Below are positions 10,056 to 22,965 of a stretch of DNA of 64,000 nt, piece after piece (position 1 is the first letter of the stretch; each line of letters opens with the position of its first letter). Below the pieces are notes generated by a model. That model was not told where the DNA came from. It made no database searches and was given only the letters and a program-made list of their open reading frames with translations. A program made the translations under genes and the position numbers. The DNA is from Nemertoderma westbladi (taxonomy: Eukaryota > Animalia > Xenacoelomorpha): NCBI GenBank assembly GCA_032718475.1, contig JAUCBJ010006642.1, positions 1 to 64,000 of the forward strand, given 5' to 3'.

Positions 10056-10262
10056 GTCAGAATTGTCCCGGTCCCAATTATCCGGTTTCTTAATGGAACT
10101 GGACAATTGGGACCTAGGGCAATTGGGCCCCGGACAATTGGGACCCGGACAATTAGGACCTGGACAATTCGGACCCATTGTTTAAAATAATATTTTTTGT
10201 ACGAGTCCGAATTGTCCGGGTCAGAATTGTCCAGGTCCCAATTGTCCGGGGCCGAATTGTCC
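10056..10262. repeat. Short inverted arrays of ~15-20-bp units (ggacaattgggaccc / gtccgaattgtcc), MITE-like
   Basis: ggacaatt.ggacc units at 10100-10176 face gtccgaattgtcc units at 10205-10262. Confidence 0.65.
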
Positions 10263-10375
10263 TATATCCAAAATCCAACTGCAGAGTGGTCTGCCTCCTT
10301 CCAAATACGAAGCTTATGGTGTGGTGTAGAGCTCTTCCAAGTATTTAGCTGGAAAGGATTAAAAATAATAAAATC

Positions 10376-11370
10376 ATTCCCAACTTCCACCACACTCCCA
10401 ACTTCCGTCCCACTCCCAACTCCCGTCCCATTCCCAACTTCCACCACACTCCCAACTCCCGTCCCATTCCCAACTTCCACCACACTCCCAACTCCCGTCC
10501 CATTCCCAACTTCCACCACACTCCCAACTTCTGTCCCAATCCCAACTCCCGTCCCACTCCCAACTCCCGTCACATTCCCAACTTCCACCACACTCCCAAC
10601 TCCCGTCCCATTCCCAACTTCCACCACACTCCCAACTCCCGTCCCATTCCCAACTTCCACTACACTCCCAACTCCCGTCCCATTCCCAACTTCCACCACA
10701 CTCCCAACTCCCGTCCCATTCCAAACTTCCACCACACTCCCAACTTCCGTCCCACTCCCAACTTCCGTCCCACTCCCAACTCCCATCCCATTCCCAACTT
10801 CCACCACACTCCCAACTCCCGCCCCATTCCCAACTTCCACCACACCCCCAACTCCCGCCCCATTCCCAACTTCCACCACACTCCCAACTCCCGTCCCATT
10901 CCCAACTTCCACCACACTCCCAACTCCCGTCCCATTCCCAACTCCCGTCCCATCCCCAACTTCCGTCCCACTCCCAACTCCCGTCCCACTCCCAACTCCC
11001 GTCCCATTCCCAACTTCCACCACACTCCCAACTCCCGTCCCATTCCCAACTTCCACCACACTCCCAACTCCCGTCCCATTCCTAACTTCCGTCCCACTCC
11101 CAACTCCTGTCCCACTCCCAACTCCCGTCGCATTCCCAACTTCCACCATACTCCCAACTCCCGTCCCATTCCCAACTTCCGTCCCACTCCCAACTCCCTC
11201 CCACTCCCAACTCCCGTCCCATTCCCAACTCCCGTCCCACTCCCAACTCCCGTCCCATTCCCAACTTCCGTCCCACTCCCAACTCCCGTCCCATTCCCAA
11301 CTTCCACCACAATCCTAACTCCCGTCCCATTCCCAACTTCCGTCCCACTCCCAACTCCCGTCCCCAACTC
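10376..11370. repeat. C-rich minisatellite, 18-bp units forming a 36-bp higher-order repeat
   Basis: Alternating cccaacttccaccacact / cccaactcccgtcccatt units over ~1 kb; open frames on both strands. Confidence 0.95.
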
Positions 11371-12059
11371 CACAGTTTTACTTATGTTTGAGGCCTGACC
11401 AACTAACCCTAACCAAAATAACAAACCAAATATCCCATAAAAGCTAAGACAGCAAGGTGTGGCCCACAATAGACTTCGTAGTGGCAGCTATGGCAGACAG
11501 TCAAGTTACAGTATAATACTACCAGTACGGTAGATGAAACTGTTAGTACCTGAAAGTGCATTGAACCAACTTCACAGAAACATGAAGAAAGTAAAGTAAC
11601 CAACCTTAGTGGTGAATCTTGTACAGCTTCCGCATCCATAGTAATAGTAGCTGGACTCTGGACAGTGGAGTACAGAAGATGGACTTGTTTCTTCAGAATC
11701 TTGTATGACTTAAAGGTACCGGTACATCTTGAAATAAATATCCTTTGCTTTTATGTAATTCGCACATATCTAAATGTAAAAAATAAAGGAATATATAAAC
11801 TCAGAGACTTTCACAATATACATGTCGGATGTCGCCGGTGGTACTTAAACTTGATTGATGGATACAGATAGAACTAAGCAACCTACTGCCCTTCACCCTA
11901 CAGCCCAATGAAACATAAACTGATAATAAACATTTCAGAAGCACTGCAATTATATGGTACGGTAACCGATGAAGCTTCCTAAAAATTATATTGTATGCCA
12001 TTTGATTTGATACCGGTAATAATAGTAAGTATAAAGGCATTTAGATTGAATGTTACATT

Positions 12060-12368
12060 TAAAAAAAGAAACCGGAGGCGGAGGCCGGCCCCATTTTTAT
12101 ACAGGTAGCTGCTAGGTCATATAGGTAGAGGTGGGCGCTACTCATGTATCCCAGTATCCCTAGTTTTGTTCTCCTCAGTACCGTAATTCAACTGGTACTC
12201 ATTTTCTCGACGCCATTCAGCCATTGGATGAAAGGCTGAGTGGACCCTAGCACTGGCGGGGTTCGAACCTCGAACCTACATCCTACAACCAGCAATAGAT
12301 AGTGAGCCTGAAGCCTGGCACGCACAGTGGCACATGGCGCTCAACAACTGAGCTACCCCGCGCCCGCC
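12060..12368 (-). mobile_element. tRNA-derived SINE with conserved central domain
   Basis: Minus strand: A box TAGCTCAGTTG, B box GGTTCGAACCC, then ACTCAGCCTTTCATCC...GTCGAGAAAATGAGTACCAG, which resembles a core found in widespread animal SINEs. Confidence 0.75.
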
Positions 12369-13723
12369 TTCAATAAAAAATCTACCAATAAATATTAGGG
12401 CCTACATTTACTTAGGCCTAATGATTTATTTTTTAATTTAATCTAATTAATCACCTTAGGCCTATTTATTTATTTTAAATTTTGGTTACCGGTCCGGTAC
12501 CTACCGGTAATCGAGTGTAATTATAAATAAATAAATTTAATGTACGGCGGAATAAATACATTGAAATATATTTATTACAGCAGTATTATACAGTAGGCTA
12601 CATTGTAGGCCTAGTTAAGAAAAAGAATATTGTCAAAGATATTCGCATTGTATGCATAAGTAGGATAGGCCAGGCCTGTATCACAGTTAAAGTAAATAAA
12701 AAAAATAACTATGAAACAATATAATAATTAACAGTCCAATTCAACAAAAATAAGTGTACCAGTAACAACAATAAATCACAGTATAACTCAATATGCTTCC
12801 AACTGCCCAATACATACCTCAACTTTCAAGCCAGCCCATCAAGAGGGGCATATTCCAGTAGCAGTCTTCAAATCCACATGTAGAAGAGAGTAGGCCAAGA
12901 ACTATCTTAGAACAGTTACAATCAGATAACTATACCGCTACCGCGGTAGGAGTTATAGGATAACGCTCAACAGGATAAGCTAATAAGTTCAGAAGTTATA
13001 AGATAATAAATAATTATAAATGAGACAATAAAATATCACACAAATTACCAATCCAACTGCCCTATATATATACAGACACCGGCTCCTCTACCTCAAGCTA
13101 GGCCGTCCACCCTCCCCAATAAGGCACTGTGAATGGCTAATAATCTTACCACAGTATTAATGAGAGGCCGGTTTAACTAATGCAATTAATTGGCAGATTG
13201 GGTTTTAAACATAGAAATATCTCAACTGAACAACTAACACTAAAGACCACAACAACTGGACATGCTGGGAACACTACACTACACACCTTGATCACATGCT
13301 TATATAATAGCTTGTACGGACAGGCCGGTTTTCATTGGGGGGTCCATAGGGTGGAGACTGGTAGATTGGATTGGGATGTCAGATTGGAATGTGGTGTGGA
13401 GTGTTAGGAATGTATATGAATCAGCAGTCCGGTAGAGGTTTACATATTTAAAAGAACTGCCGAAATATAAGTTATATGAGTATTATTTGTTATGATTTCT
13501 ACCATTATATTCTTCCACGCAAAGTTCCTAGTCCTATAGGTCCAATCAAAACATTCTGTATATTGCCAATGGTTCAACGTAATCAAAGAGACGACGCTAG
13601 ACACGCACGCAGCCAATCCCAGTGAAAAATGCACGCAAATAAGTAGTCATAAGTGATAATTCTAGAAAGGCTTTTCTGCGAATGTAGGCTATTGTGTAAT
13701 TCATTTCAGTACCGGTCTGCCTA

Positions 13724-13772
13724 ACTGTCTGCACCAGGTGTCTGCACCAGGTGTCTGCACCAGGTGTCTGCT
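13724..13772. repeat. 13-bp tandem repeat (tgtctgcaccagg), ~3.5 copies
   Basis: Direct reading of the sequence. Confidence 0.9.
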
Positions 13773-13859
13773 TAACATTTACACCCCAATTCCGCTTGGT
13801 TTATATCTTGATTATCAATAAAATAGTAACGTGAAATATTTATGGAGCGTATATTTGAG

Positions 13860-14952
13860 AATGTTGAAATAATGCGTTTAGTAGTGTGACCAGCGTCTTG
13901 AAATTCCGCTTACCTCTAGCGGCAGACTGGAGAAATGCAGATCGACCACCTTCCTCAGAAAGACGCAGCATGTGCTCTAGTACATATGCCAATATTCACT
14001 TTAAATAAATTAATATCAAGGAATTGGGGACAGTTATACATTTCGCCCTCTAGCGGCAGACTGGAGGACTCCAGACCGTTTACTGCCCACCAAAGACTCA
14101 GGCCGACTTCTACTACATATCTGCTACGTTTCAGCTTGAACGGATCATAAATAACGAGATGGGAGAAAGATTTCACTTTCAAACATTTCGCCCTCTAGCG
14201 GCAGACTGAAGAACTGCACACGGATTAGCCTTCAATTCAATTCAATTCCTTCTTTCAAAGTCACAGCTAATGGTCTAGTACATATCTGCCAAATTTCAGC
14301 ATAAATGGATTAAAAGCAAAGAAATGGGAGGACATTTAACGTTTAGACATGTGGCCCTCTAGCAGGAGACTATTGCTCTGATGGTGTCTGAAAGTCTCTC
14401 AAACGTCTCAACTTTTGATCATATTGATGCCTACAAATTTTCAACTTGGCAGCTTTAAATTCGACAAAGTTATAAGCATGTCAATATCATAACGACGACA
14501 ACGATTTCACTTTCAGACATTTGGCCCTCTAGCGGCAGACTGGAGAACTGCAGATGGATTCGCCTCCTTTGAAAGTCACAGCTAATGGTCTAATACATAT
14601 CTGCCAAGTTTCAGCTTAAACGGATTAAAAGCAAAGAAATGGGAGGGCATTTAATGTTTAGACATGTGGCCCTCTAGCGGGAGACCATTGCACTGATGGT
14701 GTCTGAAAGTCTCTCAAAAATCTCAACTTTTGCTCATATTGATACCTACAAATTTTCAACTTGGCAGCTTTAAATCCGACAAAGTTATTAGCATGTCAAA
14801 ATCGTAACGACGACGACAACGACGACGACGACAACGACGACGACGACAACGACGACGACGACGACGACGACAACTATTTGCATAAATTGACCCACCCCCT
14901 AACAGTGTCAATTCGCTAAGGCTCCGCCAACTTCGTGGCTCGCCCCACATTT
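13860..14952 (-). mobile_element. Non-autonomous Helentron-like element (DINE-1/HINE architecture)
   Basis: End TGTGGGGCGAGCCACGAAGT shared with copies at 38331 and 52275, followed by a (GTC/GTT)n microsatellite (14806-14872) and ~140-170-bp internal tandem units, each containing CCTCTAGCRG. Confidence 0.65.
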
Positions 14953-15435
14953 CCCCATATGGGAAGGCACTGGAATGAATTTTGTGTTTAATGGCATCAC
15001 TACTGTAACCTACAACTTTAATTTTATGTTGTTATTCCTTAAAGTCCCGAAAATGTAGAAATTACGACATCCCACATGTTAGTTGCCAATTTGAAAGTTC
15101 ATTGTATGTCTTCACATCGGTTGTTAGTGATATTTGGTGCCCTTGATCATTCATAGTCAACCAAAATATGAATTACTAGCCAATATAATTGATATGCAAC
15201 AGACCATAATATCAGTAGTAATAATCACAATATTAAAAAAAATTATGGATGAATAGAAGTGTTGTAAGCCATGTAAATAAATGCTTAACATTCATATAAT
15301 ATAATAAATCATAATTACAATATAAAATAATACGAATGAATTCTAAATTCGCGAAGAATGAAGTGCAGTTAATTGATAAATGATTTGATTGATTGAATGA
15401 TTGATGAATTGTTAATTGAGAAATTGAAAAAATGA

Positions 15436-15775
15436 AGAAGCGCGTCACCAGGAGTTGAACCAGCGCAATCTCTACGTGTTGGCTTATCAGGCCTTATCAT
15501 CAGAAGCGCTAATAGGTTCAGCCTCTTCTTACACTTGCTCTCCCATTTAGTCCACTTCTACTGAAGTGGCCAGTCATAATTCTTAACGAACATACTTTAT
15601 GCCATTACGTCCTCTGTTATACATATGATATGCAACTTGAATCCTGCCTGTTCAATAGAAGTGGACTAGATGATCGAGTAAGTGTCAGGGGCAAGTGGCT
15701 GGTTAGCGGTACTGAAGAGGCCTGATTGGCCAAACCGTACGAATAGCGCTGGTTCAACCCCCGGTGACGTGCTTA
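15436..15775. repeat. Diverged inverted repeat (~125-bp arms) made of two outward-facing tRNA-like heads
   Basis: 15438-15562 is the diverged reverse complement of 15656-15774; each arm carries a B-box-like GGTTCAAC(C/T)CC. Confidence 0.65.
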
Positions 15776-18639
15776 ACCTCATTTTTCCATTTCTGAGCAA
15801 AATCATATAATATTATAAATTTTATAGTTATAGGAACTAGGTTGAGATTTCAGCCCTACTAGCAGGATATTTGCAACAGGTAAAAGTGGAACCAATAATT
15901 ATGTCCAGAGAAGAACACTATTTACCTCAACCAACACACCCAATGGCATTGGTTGCTAGTTCTCCACTACTGGAGATACCCTAAATTAATTAAGCAAATG
16001 AGTGAGGGTGGATATAGTTGTGTCTTTTAGTTTGATAGTTTAATTCATTAAATACAAGCCATACACTTTCAACCAAACAATTTACAACTTTGGCGATTAA
16101 TTCAAGTTCTTATGCTTGTGAATAATGTCAAGGGAAGGTTTTTGACTGGCCACATATCTGTTCAAACCAGGAGGTTGCTATGGTATCACCTCAGGTGATG
16201 ACAGTTGAAACAGGACAAATAGAATGCAACTTTAGAACGCTCATATCTCAGCTATTTTTCAATTACATCATTCGAATCCTTGTATGGCCAGCTTTCTAAC
16301 ATTACCAACAAATCACATATTTGAAGAATAACTGCTGTGTAAATGGTGAAATATTGCCGAGATTTGAAAGGGAAAATAAGAATTCTGGCTAACACAGTAA
16401 GGATGAGTGAGTTGAAACTTTCACATTTAGGAATTCGATCACATTGTGGTTCAAAACCATTATTAAAGTATGTTGTAGAAAAATCCTAATTTAATTTCGT
16501 ATCAGTATAATTTTATGTTGAAAATGTTCCTGGGTTACCTTTTATGCAACATAATACTATTTTTTAAAGGTTGGTTAGAGCACATAATTGCAGTTTGAAT
16601 ATTGATGTTAAATTGTAATAAAACGTCTGGTGGGTTCATAAAAAATTGATTGGCAGTTTTAATATTGAAGCCAATAAAATATTGCTCATTAAAATATTAT
16701 ATTATTAGACAACCGCAATATCCATGATTTAGAAGCCGCTAACATTAACGTAGCATTCCGTTTCACTGCCCTTAACTCTAAGCCGTTCAATCCGCAATAT
16801 TCCAATATAATATGATATAATGGCCATACAATAGTGGTGCCTCCCTGGCTGGACTAACAATGAGTGGTGTTAAATGGAGTGGTATATCATGTGAAAGAGA
16901 TTCCGGTTTCGGATAAGGATTTAGCTAACGGGAACACAGAAAACATTGGAATGCGTTTCATTTCCTAACTAGACCATCTGGGACCGGTTGCTTAGGATAT
17001 TGGTACAATAATTTACTACAGTTGGAACTGAAATGATATAGAGGCAATTAAAGAGGATGTTGAATTGCTACTTTTTGGAATGTATTGTGCTTGCTATATA
17101 CAATGAAAAACTATATTTGTAAGTTTAAAAATATAAAAAAGAAAAAAAAATCATAATATTTAATGAAAGAAGCTGAAAAAACTGAAAAAATCTTAAAAAA
17201 TGATAAAGGTTATATACTGGGCATCCACCGAGGAGGATGCCACAGCCAGTACTGGTTGTTCGATAACTGTTCGGAGTATTAATTTTTCACTGGTGGATAA
17301 ACAAGGAGATTTCTGTGAAAGATCATATGCCAATTAATAGGTAGGTCGTGGCTGTAAAAGCTTCTAGTCTGCAGTGAAGATTTTCCCACACATATCTTCT
17401 TACCCTGGGGCCAGTAAATTTTTCATAATATCTTAATTAAATTTTCTATGGTTTAAGATGGTGCTTATAATAGAATGATTATCATTGCCACCACATAGTA
17501 TATATCAAGTCAACATCATCAGCCAAAAACATCATTATGCTCCTCGCAACATGATCTGGTAATTATAACAAATTGACGCTGTAAGAAATTAATTAACTTT
17601 ACAATCTACTAAACATTTATTTATTCATTGGGATGAGATGAACAAGGCGACCTGGAGGCGACCTGGACAGCTGCACATGCCAATAAAGTACAATGACTTT
17701 AATGAACAACGGAATTGAGTCTACAATGTAAGTTCGCTACATATCGTTCAATGATGTTGAATTTATATCCTTTATTTAGACAAATGTCGAGGCATTTATC
17801 TAGATAAAAGAATATGCGTGCTTTACGAAAGTAAATTAAATTCCGGTCAATTAGTCTTCCCTTTTCTAATGTAATCTTGCCATTCAAGAATATTTCCTCT
17901 GAAAACGTCTCTTTGTAATTTGTAAAAGGGGAGTTTTTTAGTCAATCAAGCAATACTCGGTATCTAATCACCATATAAATTCGTGATATGTGTTGCCAGA
18001 CAGAAAATTCCGCAAAGATTAAGTTCTTAAAAAACAAGCCCATGGTTTAGTTTCTAATGGAAATGTATTGTGACACATAGTGAAGGGCCATTGAGGCATC
18101 AAAACTCCCATTTTAATGCATTCCAATAATTGGAAGCAATTGTAATCTCATAATCCTTACATATCATTTTGGAGTGTCTGGAATTTTTATGAATCTTAAT
18201 ATGAATAAATCACTTTCCTTTAGCTGGTTTATATAAATACTTATACGGGAATCATTGACTATAGTTCAGCAATAGTACAAATACACATTCATTTAATATG
18301 TACACATTCATATTCATGAATGTATGTTTGCAAAAAGAGTGTGCATTTGCACAATGCACATGCACAATTACCCCCAATAATAAATGGGCCGGTCTTCTAA
18401 CTTCAGGACCATGCGAATTAAAATAGAAAATTAGCCATATCCATAACACATTTTGCAGACAGAATAAGAGATCACACGCTACACGCAGTGGCCTTATCAA
18501 CAAATTAAATTGGTAAATTGGTCTTAATTGGTCAGCATACGAGCATAGGATGTCTTTTGTCCCTTTATGGAATCCCTCATGCACCGATTCTAAGCTAATT
18601 CACTTTTTTCTTTATATAAATCGTATATATACGTATCTG

Positions 18640-20795
18640 GCAAAATAACGGTCGATTCATCAATAATAGTCACTGCTGGTGACCTGAATGCTCAAATTGG
18701 CACAAAAGAATTCAAGGGTTACACCTATATCACCAGTTCGAACAGAAATGGGTGCTTACTCTTAGAACTAATGGAAGAATGTGAATTGATACCAACAAAC
18801 AACACATTCGAAAAGAGTAAGGGGAAGCTACCTTTCCATACCCTAATGGAACCAAAGCACAACTGGATTACATCTTTATAAACAAAAAGTGGAGAAACAG
18901 CATGATAAACTGCGAGGCATACAGCTCGTTCAACCTAATTGGTTCGGACCACATAATTGTGACTGCAGTGACCAGACTCAGTCTGAGAGCCAGCAAACCC
19001 AGGACAAGCAAGCGAATCAAATATGACTGGGAGAAACTCAGAACTGACAATGTCGTAAAGGTTGCTTACACAGTAGAAATTCAAAACCGTTTTGAATTAC
19101 TTCAGTCAATGGGTGAAGACCAGTCTACGGATTCAATATACCAGAATATAATAAAATACCCACAAGGAATCAGCCAAGAGGCATATTTCCCAGAAACCCA
19201 AACGAAAACATTATGTGCCAGGGCAAGACTCTGAGGTTACTTGTAAGAGAGAAGATCTTAAGATAGCATACAAAGTAAGAACCGAACAACCAACAACCGA
19301 AAACATTAACAAGGTTGAGAAAGCTAAGGACGATCTTAAATTGGCCTACAACATCAGCCAAGAGAAGTACGTACATTACAGATTGAAGAAATTACAACTG
19401 CTCACATACAGCAACAATCAAGCCTTACCTGGCAAACTGTAAATGAGGTATCTGATCGGAAAAGTTGTGCTAAGGGGCGCCTCAAAGCTGATAGTCCTGA
19501 AGAACGAGTTGGGAAATGGAAAGATCACTTAAGCAACTTGCTTGGGCAGCCACCAGACATCGAGGTCAGCCCTACAAGGAAAATATATGACAAGACGCTA
19601 CTTATAGAAACCTGGGGACTTCACACCCGCCGAACTCCAAAGAAGCATTAATAGCATGTCCAATCATAAGAGCCAAAAGATCATAAGAGCCAAAACGGAT
19701 TTCGACCAAATAGATCAACAATAGCTCAGCTACTACTAGCTACGGAGGCTGATTGAGTGAATTAAGTCAAAGAATCTCCCCACTGACCACTGTCCTGACT
19801 TTTATGGACTTCAAGAGACCATTCGACTCAATCTATAGAGGTAAAATGATGGAAATCTTCAGAGCTTATGGAATACCAAAGATAATTGTGGCTGGGATTG
19901 GATTATTATATTGTAACACATAAGCTCAGGTAAACTCACCAGATGGAGAAACTGAGTTCTTCTCAATCATGGCTGGCGTACTGCAAGGTGACATATTGAC
20001 ACCATTACTGTTTGTAATTGTACTGGATTACGCAATGAGGACGGCCATAAAGGGTGAAGATCTGGGATTCACACTACAAGAACGCAGAAGTAGTAGATAT
20101 CCGGCAACTACAGTCACAGACACCGACTTCGCGGATGACACTGCCCTGCTCTCTAATACGCAAGCAGATGCACAGTTGAATAAAGTGGAGAAGGCTGCTA
20201 AGGGGGTTGGATTGCATATAAATGCTACCAAGACCGAATTCATGACTTTTAATGTTAATGGAAACTTGACAACAATTGATAATAAATCAACTAAGGAAGG
20301 TTGACGACTTCCAGTACCTTGGGTCATGGATAGAGAGTAGCAAAAAAGACATAGAAGTTAGGAAAGCAAAGGCATGGGTAGCTCTATCAAAAATGGATAC
20401 CATCTGGAAATCAGATCTCTCCAGGCACCTGAAGACTAAGTACTTTCGAGCCACATTGGAAAGTGTACTTTTATACTGGGGTGAGACCTGGACATGACGA
20501 AATCACTTGAACACCGAATTGATTGATGGTTGCTACACAAGACTACTAAGGGCAGACCTAAACATCAGCCGGAGACAACATATGACAAACGCCGAGCTTT
20601 ATGGTACAATACCACCTGTATCAACTACCCTCCGTGAACGCAGATTAAGATTCAGTGGCTACTGCTGGTGTAGTGAAGACGAGGTCATACCAGATCTACT
20701 TTTCTGGCAGCCAACTCATGGAAAGCGTAGTCGTGGACGACCTGCTATAACATATATAGATCAACTTGAAAGGGATACTGAACTTCCTACTGATA
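18640..20795 (+). mobile_element. Degraded APE-RT LINE (RTE-like clade)
   Basis: GDLNAQIG, LDYIF, SDH (APE); GVLQGDILTPLLF, FADD, FQYLGS, ESVLLY.ETW, RLRFSG (RT and C-terminus). Many stops and frameshifts. Confidence 0.9.
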
Positions 20796-21341
20796 CTGAA
20801 TTTCGTTCGGGAGGGTTATATACATGGGCCTGGTTTTCAATCATCCATCCCCCTGGAAACTACCTAGGCAGCAGAACTGACAAATAGTTTGTAGGACCAC
20901 CTCCCATGGTTTTCATCACCTCCTCTGCCAAAATCCACGACCTTTTCACGACTTATCCCCCAACTGCTTGTGTAAGTACTGCGATGGGTCCTGTGAGTAT
21001 CACTATCACGCCCTTCAATGTCCAAGCTGTCCACCATTATCCCAGCTGGCCACTACTACACTGCAGTAAGAAATTTAATACCCAAATTTATTTATTATAT
21101 AATATTATGTGTTTACTATATATAGATCATAATTATAATCTGACATTTATACGGTAGGACTGTGAGTATAGCTATATATGTAACTATAGCTACAGTAGTA
21201 GGTTTGTGCCTTTTTGCTTCCCCTTGATTTGATATCCGCGTGCATGCATCTCATTACTATAATATTACAAATATACAAACTACAATTTGCCCCTCATGGG
21301 GTGTTTCTATAAAAAAAATATTTCAGTAGTAATTTCTGCTT

Positions 21342-22322
21342 AACAGGGTTGTTGCGCGAAACAATTGTTGCACTTGAAACAATTGAATAAGGGGTAACAA
21401 GGTGCCCTGAATCGAGTGGCGGGGTGCGTTTTTTATAAAAACACGAGGAAACGGTCGAAATGGCAGTTTTAAGTAAGGGTGGGAGGCCAATTTTGAAAAT
21501 CGGATGTGATTGGCTGCTATACATATTTGACGTCAAATAAGTGATCTGATAATTTCTTATATTGGTTTCTATGGAGGGTGATTTTACACCATTCAAATAC
21601 ACATTTAATCTCAATAATTTCACATATAATACATTACTTGTTGACTGAACCGGAATATATCGCACTAAATACCAGTCTAACATATGTATCAAGCTGTTAG
21701 GTAACAGGTACCGGAAATCTACCAAGTTTGCAAAATTGCAAATAGTATTTGATCAATTTTCATAATCATATGAATTTAATTAATTGTAGTATCAAAAAAG
21801 ACTCTCTGCTTTCAATTGATAGTGTTTGGTGGTGCAGGTTCGAATCCGACTAAAGGCTGTAGAAATTTCGCATTGTTGTGTCCCTAGGCAAGACACTTTA
21901 GACATTAGTGCCTACGTCAACCCAGCGGTATAATGGGAACCTGGCTTTGCTGGGGTAATGATAATAAAAGCGCTTTGAGTATGCCGAGCATAATAAAGCG
22001 CTATACAAATAACCAATATTATTATTATTATTATTATTATATAAGCCATGTGTGAAATGATTGAGATTAAATGTGTATTTGAATGGATCTAAAGTCACTC
22101 ACATAGAAACCGAGATAAAAATTATCAGATGTCGTCAAATATGTACCCTCCAATCACAGCTGATTTTCAAAATTTGCTTCCCGCGGCGCTTATTTAAACC
22201 CGCCATTTCGACCGTTTCCTCGTGGTTTTACAAAAAACACATCACGCCACTCGATTCAGGGCACCTTGTTACCCATTATTCGATTGTTTCTAGCCTAACA
22301 ATTTTTTCACGCACCAACCCTA
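21342..22322. mobile_element. MITE/foldback element with ~280-bp terminal inverted repeats, interrupted by a SINE
   Basis: 21342-21625 is the diverged reverse complement of 22048-22322; ends CAGGGTTG / CAACCCT. Confidence 0.8.
21834..22040 (+). mobile_element. tRNA-derived SINE with LINE2-like 3' tail, 5'-truncated
   Basis: B box GGTTCGAATCC, core gtgtccctaggcaagacactt, tail aaagcgctttgag...aaagcgctata followed by (att)n. Confidence 0.8.
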
Positions 22323-22600
22323 TTCAGGGTGCAAAGTTATCAATTATTCTGGGTCTATATCAATGGTGGAATTGATCGTTTTGTAGATACATAAATGGAT
22401 TATAAATAATACACATTGCACATTATTATACTTATTTCAGCATCCTAGAAAGATAGAGCCACGCCACAGAACAATTTGGAATGTCAATGACCGAATAACC
22501 TATAGTATAAGTAGATATTCAGCTGATCGTCAAATTCTAGATACTAGGTGTTCTTCAGAAGGTGTTCTATGCCAATGACATTCAAGGCCAGCCGAATCCA

Positions 22601-22965
22601 ACTACTAATACTACTACGATCGGCATGCTGCATTGCAGCTGCATTATATATATATTATATATATAATAAGGATGCTGTACCACAACTCACTAACAGCCAT
22701 GGCAATTGCTAAATCATCCGCATCTTCATGGCCAGTGTCCTTTAAGATGCGTCTCAAGAAATTCATGGGCTGTCCACCATGCTTATTCACTCCATGAGGC
22801 ACCGAAGCACAAGATGAGACTGGTCCTCACGGCGAAATCAATGTCCTGCAAAGCGGAGGCGGTTCCGTTCAAGTGTCAAGCTAGGGGAGACTAATGGAAC
22901 ACCTCCAATGATGTATAGAGTCTGATTGGAGATGTGTGCATTGTACTTGACACAGTGAACCCAAA
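22601..22965 (-). mobile_element. 5'-truncated copy of RTE-like LINE 3' end (family with TAG-repeat tail)
   Basis: Encodes the LRFAGH...PHG...DTG C-terminus; tail gcagcatgccgatcgtagtag. Confidence 0.75.

Noticed and set aside
10197-11469. Mucin-like or Gly/Val-rich proteins on both strands
   Set aside because: Open frames arise from a stop-free 18/36-bp minisatellite; the frame shifts within the array and there are no credible flanking domains.
11801-12040. GPCR TM6-like RLPYHII as a downstream exon
   Set aside because: It lacks CW and a hydrophobic helix context, and it abuts a SINE tail; likely chance.
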